64,000 bases of DNA from an uncultured Syntrophomonadaceae bacterium (GTDB lineage: Bacteria; Bacillota; Syntrophomonadia; Syntrophomonadales; Syntrophomonadaceae), in NCBI GenBank assembly GCA_964623245.1, contig CAZUSS010000001.1, positions 30,821-94,820 of the forward strand, read 5' to 3'. Shown here piece by piece: positions 41,201 through 49,294 of this stretch. Within the stretch, counting starts at the first letter, position 1. Every line of letters starts with the position of its first letter. Both the position numbers and the translations under genes were made by a program. The notes under the pieces are model-generated. The model made no database searches. It had not been told where the DNA came from and saw only the letters and a program-made list of their open reading frames with translations.

Positions 41201-41831
41201 TTTCAGCCTTCAAAGCCAGTTCCCCTTGTTGCAAGGTCAATTCAGCTAAAATATCAGCTAAACGTAATAAATCCTGTTTAGTATCAGATATGCGCTTTTT
41301 CACCACATCCCTTTGGTGTCTATATTTTATTACCCCAGAAGCCTCCTCCAATATTAGACGGCGATCTATAGGTTGCCCATTTAAGACTTGTTCAAGTTCC
41401 CCCTGGCTTATTATGGAATAACCCCTTTTGCCTAATCCAGTTCCCATAAATAATTTATTTATATCTTTCATTCTAACTTGGGATTTATTTAATAAAAATT
41501 CACTTTCACCTGTTCTAAATACCTTACGGGCCACAGTTACTTCACTATAATCAAGAGGTAAAATATTATCTATGTTATCTACTGTCATCTCTACACTAGC
41601 CATACTTAGGGCACGGGTTTTGTCGGTCCCTTTGAAAATAACATCTTCACCTTTTTGTCCCCGTAAATTGCGGACATTACCCTCACCTAATACCCATCTT
41701 ATAGCATCAACTAAATTGCTTTTCCCACATCCATTAGGGCCTACTACTACATTTATACCCGGTCTTAAGTATATCTCTGTATTATCAGCAAAAGATTTAA
41801 AACCTTTGAGTTCTAATTTTTTAAGATACAA
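38259..41831 (-). CDS. smc: chromosome segregation protein SMC
   Basis: 1190 aa. Walker A GPNGCGKSN, long coiled coils, a hinge, signature LSGGE and Walker B CLLDEIDA. Confidence 0.97.
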   Translation of the reverse strand: MYLKKLELKGFKSFADNTEIYLRPGINVVVGPNGCGKSNLVDAIRWVLGEGNVRNLRGQKGEDVIFKGTDKTRALSMASVEMTVDNIDNILPLDYSEVTVARKVFRTGESEFLLNKSQVRMKDINKLFMGTGLGKRGYSIISQGELEQVLNGQPIDRRLILEEASGVIKYRHQRDVVKKRISDTKQDLLRLADILAELTLQQGELALKAEKAKEHIRLSQEQARLEQELLKFETNKVLKDYHNKLTNLEKLKKQWAELKNLETDNIGHLDHNEKLLAEARLELNRLKETVYLTENKQQSLIADIRISEERIKSYTEGLKTAEIDAEKYKEMLANISLEVANRQSDLQAQKIAYEQKKGEYNEIVNELRSFEHEIGLLKEKFEAEKAYIFTHLEDEAKLKNDINEKENTISRIRERGTRLTIKKDELAHNINFSRHSLLEMEEEISELTLAIQAISAEENNLQENKADCWAKLQVILQAHRDLENELRLVENRLLTIKDSEEKLMGYSAAVKEVLSLQNSFPGIMGIVGEVIRVADGLEIAIETAAGRGLENIIVERTQDAQRIVTLLKENKMGRVTLLPLDILKVAKLNHLLLSELKKEKGVLGIASELIQYEAKFQKPISYIFGRTLIVEDMPISIYLFKKYKLPFRIVTLEGEILNTSGAITGGSHRKAALNSPLKRKNEERKLTQKAEVLRQSIADKYAAKIALDEKLDNIESELTVVTNTNIENKFKLELLYKQLKARKDELDNLINSRTNLLNEIETLNQNKNNLGGQIISLQGDLAKMQETSTKTTEQLELTRAKIDSRQRDYEVGKARLSSYQDYLLAKEQELNNIEHSMGQFMQVKDSYYDSMHNAMASKNRLIDTIKKEEAQIVMLTEANAECTAKLVRENQTIKDQQLAVAKYETEIKQFKNLINPIRQDISKLESSIHNYELNLTRLEAGLSNLHEKWQDIFDSKIPENIEVSYTNQEIKTFAAHLAKIKEDLSLLGPVDLGAIQEYQVITERVGFLSSQLDDLTEGQGTLEELLEKTERIMLREFRQFFAMANESFSNTFTEIFEGGEAFFTLEEEDDSLAAGVNIQVKLPGKRTQSLNLLSGGERALTCIAFIFALLRLRPAPFCLLDEIDATLDETNLVRFSNFLKNMAQNMQFIIITHRQTTIASGDNLYGVTMPEKGISTILTLDLSEAEGLAG

Positions 41832-41847
41832 CTTAAAATCCCCCGTA

Positions 41848-42804
41848 TCAAATAATTTTTACATCACCCGTAGTAATACGCATAATCTCATCATCTACTT
41901 TTAATATCATACTACCTTGTTCATCTATATCCATACATCTGCCAGTAATAGTAGCTTTAAATTGCTGTATAGATACATCCTGACCTAAGTGTAAACATTT
42001 GGCCTTAAATTCCTGTCTTATTTGCTCAAAGCCCTCTTGCAAGAATAAATAGTAATATTCCTCTATATAAGATAAAACTTCGGTTAAAATATGGCTATTT
42101 TCCATTACCCGATGATTTTCAATTAATAAGGAAGTAATTTTTTCATCTTCTATCACCCAAGCATCCGATGATATATTAACATTAATTCCAAATCCGGCTA
42201 TAAGATTATCTACCCTATCTGGCTGGCCACTTACCTCTAGGAGGATTCCCGCCACTTTTTTATCAGCTATAAATACGTCATTGGGCCATTTTAATTGGCT
42301 AGGTTTTTCTGTGAATTTGTCTAAAGCTTTTCCCAGGGCTAGGGCAAAAACCAAAGATAATAAGGCCAGTTTTGATAAAGGCAAGCGAGGTTTTAGGATA
42401 ATGGAAAACCATATCCCACCCAATGGGGAGTCCCATTTACGCCCGAGACGCCCTTTACCAGCCCTTTGTTGTCCAGCTACTATTACTAGACCCTCCTCAT
42501 TGCTAGCAGCCAATTCCTTGGCCAATTCATTAGTAGAGTCCACAACTGGACAATACATTATTTGCCTAATGAGTTCGGCCTTACCTAAGCCTTGCATTAC
42601 CTCACTAGGTATAATTACATTTTGCCAATTATTGAGACGGTAGCCCCGCCCAGCTACTCCATTAATATCATATCCTTCTTGCCTTAAAGCTTCAATATGT
42701 TTCCATATTGCCACCCCACTTATGGCGAGTTCATCAGCCATCCTTTTTCCTGACATATAATCACCTTTTAAATTATATAGGCTGTTTAATATTCTTACTC
42801 TCAT
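41848..42804 (-). CDS. birA: bifunctional biotin--[acetyl-CoA-carboxylase] ligase / biotin-operon repressor
   Basis: N-terminal winged HTH (SGKRMADELAISGVAIWKHIEALR) and ligase motif GQQRAGKGRLGRKW. Confidence 0.9.
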   Translation of the reverse strand: MRVRILNSLYNLKGDYMSGKRMADELAISGVAIWKHIEALRQEGYDINGVAGRGYRLNNWQNVIIPSEVMQGLGKAELIRQIMYCPVVDSTNELAKELAASNEEGLVIVAGQQRAGKGRLGRKWDSPLGGIWFSIILKPRLPLSKLALLSLVFALALGKALDKFTEKPSQLKWPNDVFIADKKVAGILLEVSGQPDRVDNLIAGFGINVNISSDAWVIEDEKITSLLIENHRVMENSHILTEVLSYIEEYYYLFLQEGFEQIRQEFKAKCLHLGQDVSIQQFKATITGRCMDIDEQGSMILKVDDEIMRITTGDVKII

Positions 42805-42824
42805 CTTGCCCTTCCTTTCTAGGC

Positions 42825-42871
42825 ATTGATAATTATTTAAACAAAAATATTATTAAACCTTTATTATCAAT
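42825..42871. promoter_or_regulatory. 9-bp perfect inverted repeat ATTGATAAT-N29-ATTATCAAT in the birA upstream region
   Basis: Seen directly 21-67 nt upstream of the birA ATG. It does not match the TGTTAAC-type BirA box I remember, so its function is unassigned. Confidence 0.3.
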
Positions 42872-42890
42872 CTGAAATAAAAGTTTATGC

Positions 42891-42915
42891 AAAGAAAAGC
42901 CCTTTAGGGGCTTTT
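42891..42915 (-). terminator. terminator after the radical SAM gene
   Basis: Minus strand AAAAGCCC-CTAAA-GGGCTTTT followed by CTTTGC. The stem is short. Confidence 0.55.
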
Positions 42916-42989
42916 AGAACAATTTTTCTTTTATAATAAAACTTAATCAAAAGGCTGTAACTAATTCCATTTAAAATACCAGGGTAAGT

Positions 42990-44075
42990 CTATATTTTAA
43001 AAAGATTTTTTAGATAATCTTCCCTATGCAAAATATGTGAGGGTATATTCCCTTTTGTACTTATTCCCACACTGTTTAGTGCCATGTCTTCAGTCCCATT
43101 AATCCTTATATCGTCTATCTGTAACCATTTTTTTAATTTAATAATATTGTTTTTCCGATTTCCAATCATTTTCGAAAAGTCTTTAGGGTTAATATAAATA
43201 ACTAATTCATTCCCTAGCTTAATAGTTTCCCGGAATTGCCCCAATAAATATTGGACCATATCATAAAAAACTTCTTGCATAACTAGTTCACCAAAGGCAG
43301 GGTGAAATGGGCCCGCTATGACAGCATCACCTTTGGATAATTCCTCATTAGGGTGCAGGCCCATCCGTATAACCTTTATGTTCGCAGCAGTAAAGCGTAA
43401 ATACATTTCTTTAGTTGTATTAACTGCTTGGGTAAGGTCAAGTGGCTGGTATTTTCCTTTTGCATATAAATTAGCAAGAAAGGTATCCTTGATAACTAAG
43501 GTGGGATAAATTCTAACCATATCAGGGATTAAAGAGATAGCAGCCCAAGTACTTTTTATATCCAAGCTATAATTATCACCAGGCAGTCCTACCATTAATT
43601 GTAATCCCAGCATGAAATTATGCTCTTTAATGAGATGAGCCGCCCTAAAAACGTCCTCTGCCTTATAGCCTCGGCCCGACTTTTTTAAGACTCCATCATC
43701 CAAGGACTGTACCCCTAATTCAATAGTCTTTACCCCATATTCCTTTAATAACTTTAATATGGAGTCATTTATAAAATCTGGTCTAGTTGATAGCCTAATT
43801 GATGCTATTTCCCCACTTTTGATATAGGGCTGGATAAGCCCTAAGTATTTAATCTGTTCATCTTTATCAATGGCGGTAAAACTGCCACCGAAAAAAGCAA
43901 GCTCAATTTCACTAGCCGCGGGTATGGTTCTAAGGTGCTCCTCTATTATAGTCTTTATTTCCGGCCATCCGGGTGCTTTTAAAGTTGCGGCTATTTGCTT
44001 TTGATTACAAAAAATACAATCAAAAGGACATCCTAGATGGGGAATAAAAATTGGAATATTAAAATGTCTTTTCAT
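42990..44075 (-). CDS. radical SAM protein, ELP3-like catalytic domain without a GNAT domain
   Basis: N-terminal IPHLGCPFDCIFCNQ (CX3CX2C). 361 aa, starting 7 nt after rnc. Confidence 0.7.
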   Translation of the reverse strand: MKRHFNIPIFIPHLGCPFDCIFCNQKQIAATLKAPGWPEIKTIIEEHLRTIPAASEIELAFFGGSFTAIDKDEQIKYLGLIQPYIKSGEIASIRLSTRPDFINDSILKLLKEYGVKTIELGVQSLDDGVLKKSGRGYKAEDVFRAAHLIKEHNFMLGLQLMVGLPGDNYSLDIKSTWAAISLIPDMVRIYPTLVIKDTFLANLYAKGKYQPLDLTQAVNTTKEMYLRFTAANIKVIRMGLHPNEELSKGDAVIAGPFHPAFGELVMQEVFYDMVQYLLGQFRETIKLGNELVIYINPKDFSKMIGNRKNNIIKLKKWLQIDDIRINGTEDMALNSVGISTKGNIPSHILHREDYLKNLFKI

Positions 44076-44082
44076 TATATTT

Positions 44083-44793
44083 TTAATCCTTAATCAAATT
44101 ATTTATTAAATTGTGGGTTAGGACATGCTCAGCTGCATTTTGTTCGGCTTCTTTTTTACTTTTTCCTTTTCCGGTTGCGAGTATTTTATTATTATAGAAA
44201 ACACCTGCTACAAAAACCTTGGCATGTGCAGGACCACTTTCCTCAACGATGGAATAAGTCACATTTTGTCCGTGTTTACCTTGTACATATTCTTGTAAAC
44301 GGGATTTATAATCATTGTAATCCCCGCTAGCAGCTCCTTTGATGCTTGGCCCCAAATGTTTAATAATATATTGACTAACTTGGTCAAATCCTTGGTCAAG
44401 ATAAATCGCCCCGACTACTGCTTCAAAGGTATCAGCCAATATCGATTTTCTTTTGCGTCCCCCCGACATTTCTTCGCCTTTACCCAGTAATAGATATTTT
44501 CCTAAATCAATATCGCGGGCCACATTGACTAAGGCCTTTTCGCATACCACCTTAGCCCTTATTTTAGTCAATTCACCTTCAGCCTTTTCCTTATATTCGT
44601 TATACAGGCAATCTGCTACTACAAAATTAAGTACTGCATCACCTAGGAATTCCAGCCTTTGGTTATTAACAGTTGCATGTTTTTCTTGGGAATATGAGGG
44701 GTGCATAAGGGCTGTCTGCATTAGAGTTTCATCATTAAACTTTAGGCCATTATCCTCTAAAAATTGCCTAGCACTTATAATACTATTACTCAT
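44083..44793 (-). CDS. rnc: ribonuclease III
   Basis: Signature QRLEFLGDAVL and a C-terminal dsRBD (GPAHAKVF...GKGKSKKEAEQNAA). Confidence 0.96.
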   Translation of the reverse strand: MSNSIISARQFLEDNGLKFNDETLMQTALMHPSYSQEKHATVNNQRLEFLGDAVLNFVVADCLYNEYKEKAEGELTKIRAKVVCEKALVNVARDIDLGKYLLLGKGEEMSGGRKRKSILADTFEAVVGAIYLDQGFDQVSQYIIKHLGPSIKGAASGDYNDYKSRLQEYVQGKHGQNVTYSIVEESGPAHAKVFVAGVFYNNKILATGKGKSKKEAEQNAAEHVLTHNLINNLIKD

Positions 44794-45032
44794 TTTATCC
44801 CTTCCATATAATTAAACAAGGCGGTGACCAATAATCCCATAGTCGGGTAATCTTCCAAATCCTCTTCCGGAAATTCTACATCATATGTGTCTTCTAGGGC
44901 CATAATCATTTCCACCACATCAATTGAATCCGCATTAATTTCTTCAAATGTAGTTTCCATAGTAATAAGTTCAGTTTCAATATTTAACTGTTCCGCTAAA
45001 TACTTCTGGGCCAATTCAAAAAATTCTTGCAT
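44790..45032 (-). CDS. acpP: acyl carrier protein
   Basis: 80 aa, acidic, with the phosphopantetheine-attachment motif INADSIDVVEM. The stop overlaps the rnc start by 4 nt. Confidence 0.85.
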   Translation of the reverse strand: MQEFFELAQKYLAEQLNIETELITMETTFEEINADSIDVVEMIMALEDTYDVEFPEEDLEDYPTMGLLVTALFNYMEGIK

Positions 45033-45068
45033 CCTAAAATATCCTCCTTTATTGCCATTTAAAATATC

Positions 45069-46028
45069 TTACATTATACCCATTAATTCTTCTTCCTGTA
45101 AAAGGACTATATTATTAATATAACATTGTTTTGCTACATTTATAGCATTATGTACTGCATTGCTTTTTGAGCTACCATGACAAACTACGCTAATACCTTC
45201 AACCCCTAATAATGGTGCACCACCTACTTGGGTATAATCTAGTTTCTTAAAAATTTCTGGCAGAGTTCCCCCTTCTTTAAGAATATTCTCCGCCATAAAA
45301 GCGGCTAGCCCCTCTACGGTTTTTAATACTATGTTCCCCGTAAAACCGTCACAGACAATTACATCCGTTTTAGAACTAAATAGGTCTCTGCCTTCAATAT
45401 TACCTATAAAATTTAGCCCTTTTTGTTCTTTTAAGAAATTATATGTCTCTATAGTTAAATTGTTACCTTTACTTTCTTCCTGACCATTATTCAATAGGGA
45501 AATCCTCGGGTTTTCAATACCCATGACTTTTTGGGCATAAACTTTACCCAATATAGCAAATTGTAACATTTGTTTGGCTTTACAATCAACATTTGCACCT
45601 ACATCAATTAATAAACTGTACTCATCATTTCCCCTCGGAATACTGGTTATAATAGGGGGCCTCTCTATCCCTGCCATACGCCCTAAAATAAAAATTGCTG
45701 CAGCCATCTGGGCCCCCGTACTACCACAGGAAACCAGTGCATCTGCCTCACCTTCCTTTACTAGTTTGGTTGCCACTACTATTGAAGCATCTTTTTTCCT
45801 CCTTAGGGCTAAGGCAGGCGATTCATCCATTTCAATAACTTGACTAGCTGCAGTAACACTTACCTTAGTCACATCATATTCATGTTTTTTCAATTCCGCT
45901 TCTATCGTGGCTCTCGGGCCTACTAAGTTGATGTGGCTATTTTCTTCAGTAGCAAGCCAGCCCAAAGCACCTTTAATTAATTCGCTTGGACCATAATCTG
46001 AGCCCATGACATCAATAGCTATACGCAT
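45069..46028 (-). CDS. plsX: phosphate acyltransferase PlsX
   Basis: MRIAIDVMGSDYGP start and CHGSS motif. ATG at 46028 has an AAGGAGG RBS, so the track start at 46049 is an N-terminal over-extension. Confidence 0.94.
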   Translation of the reverse strand: MRIAIDVMGSDYGPSELIKGALGWLATEENSHINLVGPRATIEAELKKHEYDVTKVSVTAASQVIEMDESPALALRRKKDASIVVATKLVKEGEADALVSCGSTGAQMAAAIFILGRMAGIERPPIITSIPRGNDEYSLLIDVGANVDCKAKQMLQFAILGKVYAQKVMGIENPRISLLNNGQEESKGNNLTIETYNFLKEQKGLNFIGNIEGRDLFSSKTDVIVCDGFTGNIVLKTVEGLAAFMAENILKEGGTLPEIFKKLDYTQVGGAPLLGVEGISVVCHGSSKSNAVHNAINVAKQCYINNIVLLQEEELMGIM

Positions 46029-46106
46029 AATAAACCTCCTTAAAAACAAAAAGTAAGAATAGCCATTTGAGACTTTACTTACTTTATGTTTAATAGTTCA
46101 TTTTAT

Positions 46107-46277
46107 TTATAATACATTACGGTTTTTATAATATCCACAATTCAAACAGGCACGATGGGGCATTTTCAATTCGCGACATTGGGGACATTCAACTAGGCCA
46201 GGTTTATCTATTCTTTTCCACACTGCCCGTCTTTTGTTAGTCCGGGAGCGTGAGTGTCTTTTTTTAGGAACAGCCAC
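46107..46277 (-). CDS. rpmF: 50S ribosomal protein L32
   Basis: Missing from the ORF track because it is under 60 aa. GTG start. Translation is VAVPKKRHSRSRTNKRRAVWKRIDKPGLVECPQCRELKMPHRACLNCGYYKNRNVL, with the CxxC...CxxC zinc ribbon. Sits between ylbN/yceD and plsX. Confidence 0.93.
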   Translation of the reverse strand: MAVPKKRHSRSRTNKRRAVWKRIDKPGLVECPQCRELKMPHRACLNCGYYKNRNVL

Positions 46278-46295
46278 GGTTATAAACCTCCTTCC

Positions 46296-46802
46296 CTATA
46301 ATAAATCTTTAAGTTTTTCCCATCTAGGATCAGTTATATCTTTTTCACAATTACAAGATTCTATGTTTTTATTAACCCCACATTTAACACATAAACCCTT
46401 ACATTCTGGGTCACATAAGACCCGCATGGGAAGGCTTATTAATATTGCCTCCAAAACAAGAGGAGTTATATCGACTAGCAAATCAGAATGGAAAACAATA
46501 TCTACATCTTCCCTACTATACCTTTGTTCATGGGCAAATTCTATCATAGAAAAATTAAAGTCAGTCTTAATTTCATAAGAAACCTCGCCTAGACACCTAG
46601 CACATTGAGTTTTAATTTCAGTCTCTAAGTGCCCTTGGGCTAAATATAAATCACCAGTACGTTCTATAGTCAAATCAACCTGACAAGGCGTTAAAAAACG
46701 CCCCTTGACAACTTCTAGCAATTTGTTTGGTAGTTGTTTTTGTAATTTAAAGTTTTCAACATCATTTACTCGAAATTTTAAATTTCTTAATTCAATTATC
46801 AT
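46296..46802 (-). CDS. DUF177 protein (YceD/YlbN family), large-subunit rRNA/ribosome associated
   Basis: C-terminal CDPECKGLCVKCGVNKNIESCNC cysteine cluster, immediately upstream of rpmF. ATG at 46802 is preferred over the RBS-less TTG at 46859. Confidence 0.85.
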   Translation of the reverse strand: MIIELRNLKFRVNDVENFKLQKQLPNKLLEVVKGRFLTPCQVDLTIERTGDLYLAQGHLETEIKTQCARCLGEVSYEIKTDFNFSMIEFAHEQRYSREDVDIVFHSDLLVDITPLVLEAILISLPMRVLCDPECKGLCVKCGVNKNIESCNCEKDITDPRWEKLKDLL

Positions 46803-46878
46803 AATTACACCCCATAAAACACCTGCATAATTATAGTCCTCTACAGATATTGTTGTCAACTCAGCAAAAATTTAGATC

Positions 46879-46906
46879 AAAAAACAAAAGGCGGGATAAA
46901 CCCGCC
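46879..46906 (-). terminator. rho-independent terminator after ackA
   Basis: Minus strand GGCGGG-TTTAT-CCCGCC followed by TTTTGTTTTTT. Confidence 0.75.
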
Positions 46907-46922
46907 CTATTGTGTTTTGTAA

Positions 46923-48116
46923 TTACTTACTTAAAGCGAGTGTATCGCGGGCAATAACAAGTTCTTCATTAGTAGGAATAACTAAAATCTTAACTCGGGA
47001 ATCTGCAGCAGATACATCTACTTCTTTGCCTCTGACCTTATTCTTTTCGGCATCTATCTTAATGCCAAAAACATCTAGGTCAGTACATATGTTTTCCCGC
47101 ACATCATAGCCATTTTCCCCAACACCGGCTGTAAATACTAAGCAATCGCATCCATTTAATAAAGCTATATATTTACCAATATACCCTTTAACCCTATTAT
47201 AATATACATCTAATGATAACTGGGCCCTTTCGTTTCCAGTACTAGCCGCTTCGAGAATATCTCTTAAATCATTAGATACCCCCGAAAGTCCTAGCATACC
47301 TGCTTTTTTATTAAAGTAATTGTTGGCTTCTTGGGCACTCAGTTCTAGTTTTTCCATGAGGAAGAAAACAATAGCTGGGTCAATATCCCCCGATCTGGTT
47401 CCCATAACTAACCCTTCAAGAGGTGTAAAGCCCATGGTAGTATCAATTACCTTGCCACCTTTGATGGCTGCCATACTCGCCCCATTGCCTAAGTGTAGGG
47501 TAATTATTTTACATTCTTCATAAGGCTTACCTAACATTTCTGAAGCCCGATGAGATACAAAGTAGTGAGAAGTCCCATGAAAACCATATCTTCTGACATG
47601 ATATTTTTCGTATACATCATATGGAAGTGCATATAAGTAATTCGCAGGTTCCATAGTCTGGTGGAAAGCAGTATCAAAAACTGCCACATGTGGTACATTA
47701 GGCATTAAAGCTTCACATGCCTCAATCCCCATTAAATTAGGCGGATTATGTAAAGGCGCTATATCATAGCAGTCTTTAATAACCTTTTTGACTTCATCAT
47801 TAATTACTACTGAACTAGCAAATGCTTCCCCACCATGGACTACACGATGCCCAACCGCACCAATTTCATCCATGCTTTTCATAATTCCATATTCTTCATT
47901 AACTAATGCTTCCAAAACTAGTTTCATGCCTTCAGTATGATCGGGTAAATCTTTTTTAATTACCACTTCATCTTTACCAGTCGGCTTGTGTTCTAAGGTT
48001 GTCCCAGGAATTCCTACTCGATCGACTAAACCCTTGGCCAGTACCGACTCATCATTCATATCGAAAACTTGATATTTAATAGATGAACTACCGGCATTTA
48101 CAACAAGAACCTTCAT
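46923..48116 (-). CDS. ackA: acetate kinase
   Basis: MKVLVVNAGSSSIKYQ start. ATG at 48116 with GGGGAGG RBS. Confidence 0.96.
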   Translation of the reverse strand: MKVLVVNAGSSSIKYQVFDMNDESVLAKGLVDRVGIPGTTLEHKPTGKDEVVIKKDLPDHTEGMKLVLEALVNEEYGIMKSMDEIGAVGHRVVHGGEAFASSVVINDEVKKVIKDCYDIAPLHNPPNLMGIEACEALMPNVPHVAVFDTAFHQTMEPANYLYALPYDVYEKYHVRRYGFHGTSHYFVSHRASEMLGKPYEECKIITLHLGNGASMAAIKGGKVIDTTMGFTPLEGLVMGTRSGDIDPAIVFFLMEKLELSAQEANNYFNKKAGMLGLSGVSNDLRDILEAASTGNERAQLSLDVYYNRVKGYIGKYIALLNGCDCLVFTAGVGENGYDVRENICTDLDVFGIKIDAEKNKVRGKEVDVSAADSRVKILVIPTNEELVIARDTLALSK

Positions 48117-48178
48117 TAACAAAACCTCCCCATTTTCTCTAAAATTTATTTATAGATATTACTACCCTTCCCTCCAAT

Positions 48179-49171
48179 TTAGGAACTGACCGCAGTCATT
48201 GCCACAACATTGACTATATCTTCCACACTACAACCCCTAGATAAGTCATTAACTGGTTTATCCATGCCTTGTAAAATTGGCCCAATAGCCTCTGCTTTAG
48301 CCAGACGTTGGACTAACTTGTAGCCTATATTACCAGATTGCAAGTCAGGGAATATAAGGATGTTACATTCCCCAGCTACTAGGCTACCAGGAGCCTTAGA
48401 GGAACCAACACTTGGTACAATGGCTGCATCAACTTGGAATTCTCCATCTACCTTTAATTCAGGAAACTTTTCCTTAGCCAGATTGGTAGCAGTGACCACC
48501 TTATCTACCGTATCATGGCTGGCACTTCCCTTAGTTGAAAATGAAAGCATACCTATTTTAGGATCTGACATACCGCAAATCTCTGTTGCTGTTGCTACAG
48601 AGGCTTTAGCGAAATCTGCCATTTGTTCAGCGGTAGGTACAGGTGTTACCGCACAGTCTGCAAATATAAAAGTCCCCTTATCGCCATATTCCGAATTAGG
48701 CACAATCATAATAAAGGCACCAGATACAGCAGATATCCCTGGTGCAGTCCTAATAATTTGTAAAGCAGGCCTTAAAACATTCCCCGTAGTATTTTCGGCC
48801 CCAGCTACTTCCCCAGCGGCCTTGTCCATCTTAACCATCATCGAAGCGAAATATAAAGGATTCAACATAGTTTCCTTGGCCTTATCAAGGTCAACCCCTT
48901 TACTTTTGCGCATTTCGTAAAAGGCCTGCACGAAATCGTCAAAATAACTAGCTTTAATAGGATTGACTATTTCAGCCCCAGATATATCTGCCCCAATCTT
49001 CCCCGCTAATGCCTTAATTTCACCCTCATCCCCAAGTAAAATTGGATTAGCTATTTTTTTGTCGACAATCTCCTTCACTGCCATTAAAGTCCTTTCTTCC
49101 AGACCCTCTGGTAAAACAATGTTTTTCCCCCTGGCAGCGGCCTTTTCTCGAATTTCAGCTAATAAGCTCAT
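48179..49171 (-). CDS. pta: phosphate acetyltransferase
   Basis: 330-aa PTA_PTB family protein (IVLPEG..., ...GNIGYKL..., ...SRG.S). Adjacent to ackA. Confidence 0.93.
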   Translation of the reverse strand: MSLLAEIREKAAARGKNIVLPEGLEERTLMAVKEIVDKKIANPILLGDEGEIKALAGKIGADISGAEIVNPIKASYFDDFVQAFYEMRKSKGVDLDKAKETMLNPLYFASMMVKMDKAAGEVAGAENTTGNVLRPALQIIRTAPGISAVSGAFIMIVPNSEYGDKGTFIFADCAVTPVPTAEQMADFAKASVATATEICGMSDPKIGMLSFSTKGSASHDTVDKVVTATNLAKEKFPELKVDGEFQVDAAIVPSVGSSKAPGSLVAGECNILIFPDLQSGNIGYKLVQRLAKAEAIGPILQGMDKPVNDLSRGCSVEDIVNVVAMTAVSS

Positions 49172-49294
49172 CCTTCTACCTCCCTTTTAATTAAGCACCT
49201 TGTGCCGAGCGTATCATACTAATCTATTTTAGCATAAAAGTTTAATTTAGTGGTAGAATTTATGATACTAACTGATATAAAAGGTGGTTGCTGC

